A DNA stretch of 64,000 nt, from sequence record NZ_CP024444.1. The stretch is one strand, 5' to 3'. Shown here piece after piece: positions 9,816 to 19,055 of the stretch. The position numbers and the translations under genes were made by a program. Positions within the stretch are counted from its first letter, which is position 1. Each line of letters begins with the position of its first letter. The notes beneath the pieces were generated by a model that had not been told where the DNA came from, made no database searches, and saw only the letters and a list, made by a program, of their open reading frames with translations. Source of the stretch: a plasmid.

Positions 9816-10100
9816 ATGACAAATGAATCTTTAGAACAGAGAATTGCTAAGCAGGAAGAACGCTTAAAGCAACAGGAAGAACGCTTAAAGCAGCTTAAAG
9901 CTCAAAAGCAGGCTAAAGACGCTCGTGAAAAGGCAAAACAGAAAGAACAAGATCGAAAAAACGATACCAGACGTAAAATTTTACTGGGTTCTTACTTGCT
10001 CAAGAAAATGGAAGATGAAGCAGAGAAACAAAAAATACTCGCTGGCATCAACGAGTATTTAACAGAAGATCGGGATAGAAAATTATTTAATCTGCCATAA
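9816..10100 (+). CDS. small coiled-coil plasmid protein, TraD/MobC-like transfer accessory protein (tentative)
   Basis: The pattern KQEERLKQ..DTRRKILLGSYLLKKMEDE...YLTEDRDRKLFNLP resembles conjugal transfer TraD-family small proteins. The ORF track starts at 9768, but an ATG with an RBS is at 9816. Confidence 0.4.
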   Translation: MTNESLEQRIAKQEERLKQQEERLKQLKAQKQAKDAREKAKQKEQDRKNDTRRKILLGSYLLKKMEDEAEKQKILAGINEYLTEDRDRKLFNLP

Positions 10101-10331
10101 TTAATTTTGTATTGTTTTTAGCATATTGATAGCAAAGGTTACTTTGCTTTCAATATCTTTAAGCACTGTTTTATGATCATTGAAATCATCAAAATGTTTA
10201 ATCTCAACATCAATAATAGAGCTTAAATATCCAGTCAATATCTTTGCTTTTACTTCATTACTCTGATTGAAAATAACATCATTGAATTTGGCAACTTCTT
10301 CATCAAAATTAAAATTATCTAACTCAATCAT
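10101..10331 (-). CDS. hypothetical protein
   Basis: 76-aa ORF overlapping the rep fragment stop by ATGA. Confidence 0.3.
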   Translation of the reverse strand: MIELDNFNFDEEVAKFNDVIFNQSNEVKAKILTGYLSSIIDVEIKHFDDFNDHKTVLKDIESKVTFAINMLKTIQN

Positions 10332-10852
10332 GGTTTAAATCCTAGTTTTTTTAAATATGGAAGAAGCTGTGGTTGTTGGTCAGGATCTCGAAGCATTGTT
10401 TTAAGCCTTAATGCTAAATCTTTGTAGCTTTCACCCTCTCTAGCTAAATAACTTAATTCAGAAAGTTCTGATAATTGATTACCAAAACTATCAACCTGAG
10501 CATCAGACAGTTTAAGGAAGTTATTTTTCTGTTCTTCAAACATATCAATTGTGTCAGGGCATCTTAATTGCTCTTTTTCTGCATTTTTCTTCTTAAATTT
10601 TAGCTCAAGACTATGAAATTTATTGCCCTTTTTAATTAGCTCATATTTAACCGTATAAGGGGATTTTTCATTAATTTCAGTACATGCAGCATCAATCACA
10701 CGCCTTTTTAAATCAGCAGCATTTGAATATAGACTTTCTAAAGAAAGTATTTTACGCAATTCTTTAAGGGGAATGTTGCAATAACCTGTCGACTTAAATT
10801 GCATCATTAATTGATATATTCGGAAGCTATAAGAGAGGTGGTCCCACTTGTT
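10328..10852 (-). pseudogene. Rep_3-family plasmid replication initiator, 3-prime fragment truncated by the IS3-family element
   Basis: The translated N-part (..GYCNIPLKELRKILSLESLYSNAADLKRRVIDAACTEINEKSPYTVKYELIKKGNKFHSLELKFKKK) matches the C-terminal winged-helix region of Rep_3 initiators. The frame runs open up to the IS terminus at 10853. Confidence 0.5.
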
Positions 10853-10894
10853 TGAACAACTAAAAGCGTATTTATAAGTGATATTCCGCTCTAG

Positions 10895-11635
10895 TTAAGC
10901 CACCTTGTTTTGTTGGGGTAGCTGATCATAGTAAAACTCATTTGGTGTCATTTTGTCTAGACTCGAATGAGGTCGTTTCAAATTATAAAACTCAAAATAT
11001 GCACTTAATTGCTTTTTCGCATCTGTGACACTGCTATAAGCTTTGAGATACACCTCTTCATATTTAACGCTCCGCCATAATCGTTCAACCATCACATTAT
11101 CTACCCATCGACCTTTACCATCCATACTGATTTGAATGCCATTTGATTTCAATACATCAATAAATGCATCACTGGTAAACTGGCTGCCTTGGTCTGTATT
11201 AAATATTTCAGGTCGACCATATTTTTCAATCGCTTCATTTAAAGCCGAAATACAAAAATCCACCTCCATACTAATCGATACCCTATGCGCAAGTACCTTG
11301 CGGCTATGCCAATCAATCACAGCACATAAATAAACAAAGCCTTTTGCCATAGGGATATACGTTATATCCGTAGACCACACTTGATTACTGCGCTGAATAG
11401 CCAACCCTTTGAGCAGATATGGATATTTACGGTGAGCTTGATTAGCCTGGCTTAAATTTGGTTTGCAATATAACGCCTGAATACCCATTTTCTTCATTAA
11501 AGTACGTGTATGACGTCGTCCTATATGATGTCCTTGACGATTCAACAAATCACGCATCATACGACTGCCTGCAAAAGGATATTGCATATGTAATTCATCA
11601 ATACATCGCATCAGCTTCAGATCTGATGCACTCAC
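10895..11635 (-). CDS. IS3-family transposase OrfB (DDE integrase core), 5-prime end reached by frameshift from orfA
   Basis: Contains the DDE/rve core (WSTDITYIP..., DQGSQFTS, ..ERLWRSVKYEEVY). Confidence 0.85.
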   Translation of the reverse strand: MSASDLKLMRCIDELHMQYPFAGSRMMRDLLNRQGHHIGRRHTRTLMKKMGIQALYCKPNLSQANQAHRKYPYLLKGLAIQRSNQVWSTDITYIPMAKGFVYLCAVIDWHSRKVLAHRVSISMEVDFCISALNEAIEKYGRPEIFNTDQGSQFTSDAFIDVLKSNGIQISMDGKGRWVDNVMVERLWRSVKYEEVYLKAYSSVTDAKKQLSAYFEFYNLKRPHSSLDKMTPNEFYYDQLPQQNKVA

Positions 11636-11721
11636 AGGTTTTGGGCGATAGTAATAACAACCACGGGAGACTTTCAGCAGCTTAGCTTGCTTAGATACTG
11701 AAATCTGAAGTGAGTCGTCGA

Positions 11722-12039
11722 TTAACTTTTGTGGTTGAAGCGGCCCAGTTTCTTCAACACACCTTCTAAAAAATCAATTTCTAATGCCTGCTCACCGATT
11801 TTTGCATGTAGTTTTTTTAGATCGATGGGTGGTTCTGTTGGAGCTTTTGATTGATCGAAAGCTTGCGAGGAAGCTGAGATCAATTGATTTTTCCAGTCAA
11901 TAATTTGGTTTTGATGAACATCAAACTCAGCACTCAATTCAGCAAGTGTTTTTTCTGCTTTAATCGCAGCAAGTGCTACCTTAGCTTTAAAATCATTTGA
12001 ATGATTTCTTCTTGGTCTACGTGCCATAAAATACTCCAT
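11722..12039 (-). CDS. IS3-family transposase OrfA (HTH)
   Basis: MARRPRRNHSNDFKAKVALAAIKAEKTLAELSAEFDVHQNQIIDWKNQL is typical of IS3 OrfA. Confidence 0.85.
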   Translation of the reverse strand: MEYFMARRPRRNHSNDFKAKVALAAIKAEKTLAELSAEFDVHQNQIIDWKNQLISASSQAFDQSKAPTEPPIDLKKLHAKIGEQALEIDFLEGVLKKLGRFNHKS

Positions 12040-12191
12040 ATATTGATGTTTATAACATCATTTGAGGAGCAGAATATCACTTATAGGAGTTGTTCAAATT
12101 TACGGATCCATCTCTTTATCTCAATTGAACACCTTCATGAGTCGGTTAGTATATTAATCGCTTATTTCTATCTCACTCACAGGATAAATGC

Positions 12192-12830
12192 ATGAGAAGA
12201 TTGCCAGTTTACCTTTTACTTGATACATCAGGTTCTATGTATGGAGAACCTATTGCAGCAGTAAAAAATGGCGTTGAAATGCTCTTATCAACACTACGCC
12301 AGGATCCTTACGCATTAGAAACCGCTTATATTTCTATCATCACCTTTGATTCAACCGCACAACAGATTGTACCGCTCACTGATTTAATTAATTTTAAAGT
12401 ACCTGATTTAGTCGCAAGTGGAACAACTGCATTAGGTTCAGCACTTACTTTAGTTTCCAGTCGTATTGAAAAAGAAGTACAAAAAACCACGGCTGAAACA
12501 AAAGGCGATTGGCGCCCATTAGTTTTTGTGATGACAGATGGAGCCCCAACAGACGATTGGAAAAAAGGCGTTGAGAAATTTAAAGCGGCACGCACGGGTG
12601 TTGTTATTGCGTGTGCGGCAGGACGAGCAGCACAAACTGATGTGCTAAAAAATATCACCGAAATTGTCTTACAGCTAGATACTGCGGACTCCAACACCAT
12701 TAAGTCATTCTTTAAGTGGGTTTCAGCCAGTATTTCTGTCGGTAGTCAAAAGGTCGATTTAACTAAGAAAGATATTAATGATCTTGATGACTTACCACCG
12801 CCACCTCCTGAGGTTAACGTTGTACTTTAA
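12192..12830 (+). CDS. TerY-like von Willebrand factor A (vWA) protein, copy 1
   Basis: MIDAS motif LLLDTSGSM. vWA fold. Pro-rich tail PPPPPEVNVVL. Confidence 0.85.
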   Translation: MRRLPVYLLLDTSGSMYGEPIAAVKNGVEMLLSTLRQDPYALETAYISIITFDSTAQQIVPLTDLINFKVPDLVASGTTALGSALTLVSSRIEKEVQKTTAETKGDWRPLVFVMTDGAPTDDWKKGVEKFKAARTGVVIACAAGRAAQTDVLKNITEIVLQLDTADSNTIKSFFKWVSASISVGSQKVDLTKKDINDLDDLPPPPPEVNVVL

Positions 12831-12841
12831 ATAAAAAAGGA

Positions 12842-13489
12842 ATGAATATGTCTGTTAGTTTAAAAAAAGGACAAGGTGTTAGTTTAAAGAAAAATGAATA
12901 TGACCTTTCCTCTGTCACTATCGGTTTAGGCTGGGATATCAACGAAGAAAAACGCGGATTTCTTGGTGGGCTTTTTGGTAAAAAAAGCGAAGAATACGAT
13001 TTAGATGTTATCGCCTTCTTATGTGGCGAAAATGGTAAAGTTAACGATTTGGGACAAATTGAAGGCGGGCAACCTTCTCTCGTCAATGGCGATATTATTT
13101 TCTTTAATAGCTTACAACACAAATCTGGACAGATTTGGTTAACGGGTGATAACCGAACTGGTGCTGGCGATGGAGACGATGAGCAGATCATCGTGAAATT
13201 AAACACACTTGATCCTAAATTTACCAAAATTGTCTTTATTGTTCAGATTTACAATGGTCGAGAGCTACAACAACACTTCGGTAAAGTACAAAACGCCTTT
13301 ATCCGCGCTGTTGATGCCAAAAATGTAGAAATGGCTCGTTTTGATTTATCTGGAGGCGAAGCCTTCAACAACCAACGTTCAATGCTGTTTGCTGAATTAG
13401 TCAGAGAAGAAAATGGCTGGAAACTTATCGCCATTGGCGAGCCTTCAAGTTCAGATAGCTTCATTTCTTACTTAAAGGACTTCACCTAA
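12842..13489 (+). CDS. TerD-family stress protein
   Basis: TerD-domain signature (LKKGQGVSL..VTIGLGWD..DLDVIAFLC..GDNRTGAGDGDDEQIIVKL). Confidence 0.85.
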   Translation: MNMSVSLKKGQGVSLKKNEYDLSSVTIGLGWDINEEKRGFLGGLFGKKSEEYDLDVIAFLCGENGKVNDLGQIEGGQPSLVNGDIIFFNSLQHKSGQIWLTGDNRTGAGDGDDEQIIVKLNTLDPKFTKIVFIVQIYNGRELQQHFGKVQNAFIRAVDAKNVEMARFDLSGGEAFNNQRSMLFAELVREENGWKLIAIGEPSSSDSFISYLKDFT

Positions 13490-14127
13490 TGAGAAGACTC
13501 CCTGTTTACCTATTAATCGATACTTCTGGATCAATGAGGGGTGAATCTATTCATGCGGTTAACGTTGGCATACAAACAATGCTTAATGCATTGAGACAAG
13601 ATCCTTACGCATTAGAAAGTGTGCATATCTCCATCATTACCTATGATAATGAAGCACGTGAATTTATCCCATTAACCGCATTAGAGGATTTCCAATTCTC
13701 TGATATCACTGTACCTAGCTCTGGCGGTACTTTTACGGGGGCAGCACTGGAGTGTCTAATCAAGTGTGTCGATCGTGATATTAAACGCTCTGATGGTGAC
13801 CAAAAAGGTGACTGGCGCCCTCTCGTTTTTTTAATGACCGATGGCACACCTTCTGATGCTTACGCCTATGGTGAAGCGATTAAAGAAGTGAAAAAACGTT
13901 CATTTGGTTCGATCATCGCTTGTGCTGTTGGCCCGAAAGCCAAACACGATCACCTTAAAGAACTCACATCTCAAGTAGTGGCTTTAGAAACGCTAGACTC
14001 CAATGCCTTCTCTGGCTTCTTTAAATGGGTTTCTGCCAGTGTTGCATCCGGCAGCTCAAGTGCAGGCGTGAATACGGATAAAGATACCCTACCGCCACCA
14101 CCTCCTGAAATCCAACTGGTACTGTGA
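13489..14127 (+). CDS. TerY-like vWA protein, copy 2
   Basis: Paralogue of 12192-12830 (MRRLPVYLLIDTSGSM...PPPPPEIQLVL). Its start overlaps the TerD stop (TAATG). Confidence 0.85.
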   Translation: MRRLPVYLLIDTSGSMRGESIHAVNVGIQTMLNALRQDPYALESVHISIITYDNEAREFIPLTALEDFQFSDITVPSSGGTFTGAALECLIKCVDRDIKRSDGDQKGDWRPLVFLMTDGTPSDAYAYGEAIKEVKKRSFGSIIACAVGPKAKHDHLKELTSQVVALETLDSNAFSGFFKWVSASVASGSSSAGVNTDKDTLPPPPPEIQLVL

Positions 14128-14232
14128 TCTGCAAAAGCAAAGCGCTTCAAAAGGCTTTGCTTTTATTTTATTCAGGCTTTGGTTTATTCATCACAATACA
14201 TAACAGCCACAATAAAGTGATAAGGTACAACA

Positions 14233-15273
14233 ATGAGAAGGCTACCCATTTTCTTTGTTTTAGATTGTTCAGAATCGATGATTGGTGAAAACCTAAAAAA
14301 GATGAATGACGGTCTGACAACTATTATTAGCGATCTAAGGCGTGATCCACACGCCCTTGAAACTGCTTATGTTTCTATTATCGCCTTTGCTGGCGTTGCA
14401 AAAACGATTGTTCCACTCACTGAAGTCGTCTCTTTTTACCCACCTCAACTTCCATTAGGAGGAGGCACTTCATTAGGCAGTGCATTACGAGAACTTTCTC
14501 ACCAAATCGACACTCAAGTAAGAAAAACCACGCTTGAGCAAAAAGGCGATTGGAAGCCTGTCGTTTACCTTTTAACAGATGGCAGGCCTACCGATGATTA
14601 CGCACAAGAGATCAAGCGCTGGAAAGATCACTACGCCAACAAAGTTAACTTAATTGCGATTGGATTAGGCTTAAGTGCAGACTTACATGTGCTGTCGCAA
14701 TTAACTGAAAATGTACTGTTATTTACCGAAACACAAGAAGGCGATTTTACTCGTTTTATTAAATGGATAACGATGTCAGTGGTTTCTCATAGCCGAAGTG
14801 TGGGCGAAGAGCCACCACCACTTTTAAGTCAAACAGAGCATATTGTTCGCCTTGCAAAAGATGATGTCGCGCGTGCTTATGATGAATCTTGTGTCACTTT
14901 TGTCGGCCGTTGTAGCCACACACGCTCACCTTATTTAATGAAATATGAACGCCCTCCCATGAAAGCTTCAGGGCTGGATTTTAATCTTAACCTTAATGGC
15001 TTTAACTTAACGGGTTGCTACACCTTAAATGAAGATTACTTTGCATGGAGTGATCTCAGCGCCACCGCATATCAAGTTAATACCAGTGAACTTCATGGCA
15101 CTCCAGGTTGCCCTTATTGTGGTAATGCGACTGCTTTTGCCGTTTGCCAATGTGGCAAATTGCTCTGTGTAAATGGCCCTGAAACCGTTATTTGCCCTTG
15201 GTGTGATAACAACATCACCTTTGGGGATAACAGCAATCAATCTGACTTTGATGTTACACGAGGTAAAGGCTAA
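14233..15273 (+). CDS. TerY-like vWA protein, copy 3, with a C-terminal Cys-rich zinc-ribbon extension
   Basis: MIDAS LDCSESM. C-terminal CPYCGNATAFAVCQCGKLLCVNGPETVICPWCDNN. Confidence 0.8.
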   Translation: MRRLPIFFVLDCSESMIGENLKKMNDGLTTIISDLRRDPHALETAYVSIIAFAGVAKTIVPLTEVVSFYPPQLPLGGGTSLGSALRELSHQIDTQVRKTTLEQKGDWKPVVYLLTDGRPTDDYAQEIKRWKDHYANKVNLIAIGLGLSADLHVLSQLTENVLLFTETQEGDFTRFIKWITMSVVSHSRSVGEEPPPLLSQTEHIVRLAKDDVARAYDESCVTFVGRCSHTRSPYLMKYERPPMKASGLDFNLNLNGFNLTGCYTLNEDYFAWSDLSATAYQVNTSELHGTPGCPYCGNATAFAVCQCGKLLCVNGPETVICPWCDNNITFGDNSNQSDFDVTRGKG

Positions 15274-16769
15274 TGGATAAAAAAGCCCTACTCACAAAAC
15301 TGATTATTGATGACACACTGACACAACAGCGTATTCCGGTACATGAAGAGTTGGTTATTGCGCTGTATGAAGATACGAAAATCGCTCAACATATTGATTT
15401 TATTATTGATAGAATCAAAGCAAAAACAGCAGAAAAAATAACAACGCAAGACAAAGCACAACCTATTCTTCTGTTATTGCCACCAGCCCGCGATTTAGCC
15501 TCTGAAGAAATATCATTACCAGAAGAGAGCCTATTAAAACCGGGACAAATTCCAACACACTCATCGCCAATGCCAATAGAAAAACCGATTATTCAACGCC
15601 CTACAGCAAAAATTACTCTTTCTAATGCCAAAGTAGGTACCGCGTTTAACTCTATGCTCAATATCGAGCTAGATACTCTCGAAGTTGCTGAAATTGAAGC
15701 GGTTAATTTTCCTGAAGCACTTGGAATAAGTTTTGATCCTGAAAGTCGTTGCTTAGTAGGTATGCCAACAAAAAGTGGCAATTTCACATTGGTTGTCCAT
15801 TGGTCTGTTAATAACACTCGCTATCACAATGACGTCTTATTAATAATCAATCCTGATCCTCGTAGCTTATGGCAAATCAACGAGCCTCCCGCAGACAGCC
15901 CTTATCCTAAAGCGCATATAGATAGCAAACTTATTCTTGAAGAAGATATTCGTATTGCAGGCGCCAGCCGTCGCGGTCGCTCTCATGAACATGCAGGTAC
16001 ATTCCGTGATGATGATTTTTATATTCACCACGATGAGCAAAGCCAGTGGAATATTTTAATTGTCGCAGACGGTGCGGGTAGTGCACGCTATTCTCGTGAA
16101 GGCTCACGCATTGCTATCAATACCGTAAGCCACTATTTAAAATCACAGTTAAGCAAGGGAAATGAAACGTTTAAACCTCATCTTGAAGCCATCCATCAAT
16201 GGAATGACAATAATGCCATTAATCAAGTAGGAAGTTTCTTTGCTCAACTCTTTCGTAATGCAGCGCAATTAGCGATTAATAACCTCAAAAATGAAGCCAT
16301 TCATATTAATGAACCGGTAAAATCTTTTTCGACTACGTTATTAGCCACGGTTTCTTTGCGTATCAATGATGAGTTATTTGCTGCCTCATTTTGGATGGGA
16401 GATGGTGCTATTGCGGCTTATGGCCCAGCAGGAAAAGTGCGCATTTTAGGTACTCCTGATAGTGGTGAATATGCAGGACAAACCCGTTTTCTTGATGACA
16501 GTGCACTCAACGATGCTGAGTTTAATCGACGCATTATTATTGGTAAGTGGAAAGAAATTTCACATCTTATTTTAATGACTGACGGGGTATCTGATCCGGT
16601 ATTTGAAACAGATAATGGCTTACAAGATCCCAATAAATGGGCTGCACTCATTGATGAAATATCGCCTTGTTTAGCCTCTCCTGAAAATGCAGATAAAGCA
16701 TTGGCTGAATGGCTGAATTTCTTTTCAGCAGGCAATCACGATGACCGCACTCTGGTTGTGGCTTGGTAA
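15273..16769 (+). CDS. PP2C-family Ser/Thr phosphatase with an N-terminal Ig-like (He_PIG-type) domain
   Basis: PP2C motifs GASRRGRSHEHAG...ILIVADGAGSARYS...LMTDGVSD. The N-terminal region has the Ig-like pattern (ITLSNAKVGTAFNSMLNIE...GISFDPESRCLVGMPTKSGNFTLVV). Its start overlaps the vWA3 stop. Confidence 0.75.
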   Translation: MDKKALLTKLIIDDTLTQQRIPVHEELVIALYEDTKIAQHIDFIIDRIKAKTAEKITTQDKAQPILLLLPPARDLASEEISLPEESLLKPGQIPTHSSPMPIEKPIIQRPTAKITLSNAKVGTAFNSMLNIELDTLEVAEIEAVNFPEALGISFDPESRCLVGMPTKSGNFTLVVHWSVNNTRYHNDVLLIINPDPRSLWQINEPPADSPYPKAHIDSKLILEEDIRIAGASRRGRSHEHAGTFRDDDFYIHHDEQSQWNILIVADGAGSARYSREGSRIAINTVSHYLKSQLSKGNETFKPHLEAIHQWNDNNAINQVGSFFAQLFRNAAQLAINNLKNEAIHINEPVKSFSTTLLATVSLRINDELFAASFWMGDGAIAAYGPAGKVRILGTPDSGEYAGQTRFLDDSALNDAEFNRRIIIGKWKEISHLILMTDGVSDPVFETDNGLQDPNKWAALIDEISPCLASPENADKALAEWLNFFSAGNHDDRTLVVAW

Positions 16770-16787
16770 TCATAAAAGAGAGAATGG

Positions 16788-18296
16788 GTGAGTTTCATGG
16801 CAGAGATCATTACCTGTACAACGCAAAGTGGAAAAACAGTTCAGTACGTCAATGAAATTATTGGCTCTGGCTCAATGAAAGATGTCTATTTTTCCCCTGA
16901 CCGAACCTATGTTGTTGCCTTCTATAAAACAGAACAGAATGCACAAGCTAAAGATAGGATCGATATGATAACAGGCTCTTATCGACATAATATCTTTGAG
17001 CAAAGTGGCGGAGAATATTGGAAAAACCTCTTTTGCTGGCCAACAGATGTTGTCGAACATCAAGGCAAAATTGGTATTGTTATTCCGACTTATCAATCCC
17101 ACTTTTTCTTTAAATATGGTTCTAAAAACAACGACTTTCTGGCAATAAAAGGCCGAGAAAAAGAAGGTAAATGGTTTGCAAGTGCCAACAACCAAAATAA
17201 ATTTCTCGATCCTCGCGAAAGAGGTAATCTATTAAATTATCTGAAAGTCTGTTTACTGCTCTCTCGTGCCGTGCGCCGAATGCATGCCGCAGGCTTATGC
17301 CATAGTGATTTAAGCTATAAAAACGTCCTTATCGATCCTGAGCAAGGTCATGCCTGTGTTATTGATATTGACGGTTTAGTGGTTCCCGGCAAATACCCAC
17401 CTGATGTTGTGGGAACTCCTGACTTTATTGCGCCAGAAGTGGTAAAAACTAGTCATTTACCGAAAGAAGATCCTAATCGTATTTTGCCAAGCATTACGAC
17501 CGATAGACACGCACTTGCGGTATTAATCTATATGTATCTATTTTATCGTCATCCATTACGTGGCGGTAAAATTCACGATCTTGACGATGAAATGCGTGAT
17601 GAAACACTGTCTATGGGTGAAAAAGCACTGTTTATTGAGCACCCAACCGATCGTAGCAATGCGGTCAAATTGAATCAGGTAAAACCGTCATCTCTTCCTT
17701 GGGCGGATCCTGAAAAAATCCCATACACGATTATGGGGCCATACCTAACGCCTCTTTTTGAAAGAGCTTTTATTACAGGGTTACACAATCCTTCGCAACG
17801 CCCTACCGCAGATGAATGGGAAACCGCTTTAGTCAAAACGGTAGATTTAGTTCAGCCTTGTCAAAATAAAGACTGTGAACAGCAATGGTATGTTTTCTCA
17901 GGAAAAACACAGCCCGTTTGTCCTTATTGTCACACCCCATATAAAGGGCAATTGCCGATTTTAAATCTCTACTCATCACGTAAAGCCGGTAGCTTCAGAC
18001 CCGACGATCACCGCTTAATGGTTTGGAGTAATCAATCACTGTTTCCTTGGCATGTTAATCGCCTTATTGCGCCTAATGAACGCACCACCGATGAACAGAA
18101 AAAGCGTGTAGGTTATTTTGTTTATCACAATTCAATATGGTGGCTTGTTAATGAGCGTATTGATGGATTAATGGTATTGCCAGAGAAAAAGCAGATAGCG
18201 ATTGGCGATAAAATTGCCCTAACTGATGGGTTGCAATTTGTATTATCGACAGAAGAAGGCGGGCGACTTGTTGTGGTGCAATTAGTGTCTAATTAA
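16788..18296 (+). CDS. Ser/Thr protein kinase with a C-terminal zinc ribbon and FHA-like region
   Basis: Kinase catalytic loop HSDLSYKNVLI. DIDG (DFG-like). APE motif. C-terminal CQNKDCEQQW...CPYCHTPYKG. Confidence 0.8.
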   Translation: MSFMAEIITCTTQSGKTVQYVNEIIGSGSMKDVYFSPDRTYVVAFYKTEQNAQAKDRIDMITGSYRHNIFEQSGGEYWKNLFCWPTDVVEHQGKIGIVIPTYQSHFFFKYGSKNNDFLAIKGREKEGKWFASANNQNKFLDPRERGNLLNYLKVCLLLSRAVRRMHAAGLCHSDLSYKNVLIDPEQGHACVIDIDGLVVPGKYPPDVVGTPDFIAPEVVKTSHLPKEDPNRILPSITTDRHALAVLIYMYLFYRHPLRGGKIHDLDDEMRDETLSMGEKALFIEHPTDRSNAVKLNQVKPSSLPWADPEKIPYTIMGPYLTPLFERAFITGLHNPSQRPTADEWETALVKTVDLVQPCQNKDCEQQWYVFSGKTQPVCPYCHTPYKGQLPILNLYSSRKAGSFRPDDHRLMVWSNQSLFPWHVNRLIAPNERTTDEQKKRVGYFVYHNSIWWLVNERIDGLMVLPEKKQIAIGDKIALTDGLQFVLSTEEGGRLVVVQLVSN

Positions 18297-18359
18297 TAAA
18301 GTAAAAGAATAATCCGTTTAATTTATCGCGGGTTATTCTCTTTTTTCATGATATTAAAT

Positions 18360-18797
18360 TTAATCTTGAGCTCCAAGCTTAAATTCCATAACAAAATTTA
18401 AATCTTTTGCTGGTTTTCCTGTTTCATAGCGCCATTGTTCCATAGCGTGAATAAGTGACAAACCAAAAACATCCACTAAAGGGGAATCTAACACCCTAAT
18501 ATTTTGTACATACCCATTTTCGTCAACATCAAATTTAACCTTTAATTCTCCTTCCATCCTATTAAAAGCCGCTTTTACAGGATAATTAGGTAATACTCGT
18601 AATAAATTCTTAGGATAACCTTTAACCGTAAGATTTAACTCTTTTATTTCACTTTGAGTCATTTTCTCTGGTTCATCGGCTAATTTTGGTTTCAATAACA
18701 AATTAGATTGAGCATCCGGCTGTATTGATTGAATAGCACATCCATTTAGTAAAATAGTGCCGCAAAATAAACTTAAAATAGCTAATTTTATTTTCAT
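18360..18797 (-). CDS. TonB C-terminal-domain lipoprotein-like protein
   Basis: Signal peptide with LNGC lipobox. TonB_C pattern LPNYPVKAAFNRMEGELKVKFDVDENGYVQNIRVLDS. Confidence 0.6.
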   Translation of the reverse strand: MKIKLAILSLFCGTILLNGCAIQSIQPDAQSNLLLKPKLADEPEKMTQSEIKELNLTVKGYPKNLLRVLPNYPVKAAFNRMEGELKVKFDVDENGYVQNIRVLDSPLVDVFGLSLIHAMEQWRYETGKPAKDLNFVMEFKLGAQD

Positions 18798-19055
18798 TTT
18801 TCTTTTCTAAAATAAGATTAAGTATAAAAAACACAATAGCACATATCATAATCATTTCTATTCTCACCTCTATATTTAGTTAAGAAAAACTGTGCAATTA
18901 ATCCTATTTTTGCCATTTTATTTAAATCAAAGTCAGATCACATATTTACCACTCCCACTTCCCATTTAGCGCTAACGTTCAATATTGGATATCAAGATCC
19001 CAGTTTATTAAGCCTCATTATTTACAATACCCTACAGTGATAATTGGAGGCATGA

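Larger units (their letters stand above)
10853..12097 (-). mobile_element. IS3-family insertion sequence (orfA + orfB)
   Basis: Imperfect terminal inverted repeats TGAACAACTAAAAGCGTATTTATAAGTGATATTC (10853-) and GAATATCACTTATAGGAGTTGTTCA (-12097). It carries the orfA/orfB pair typical of IS3. Confidence 0.85.
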
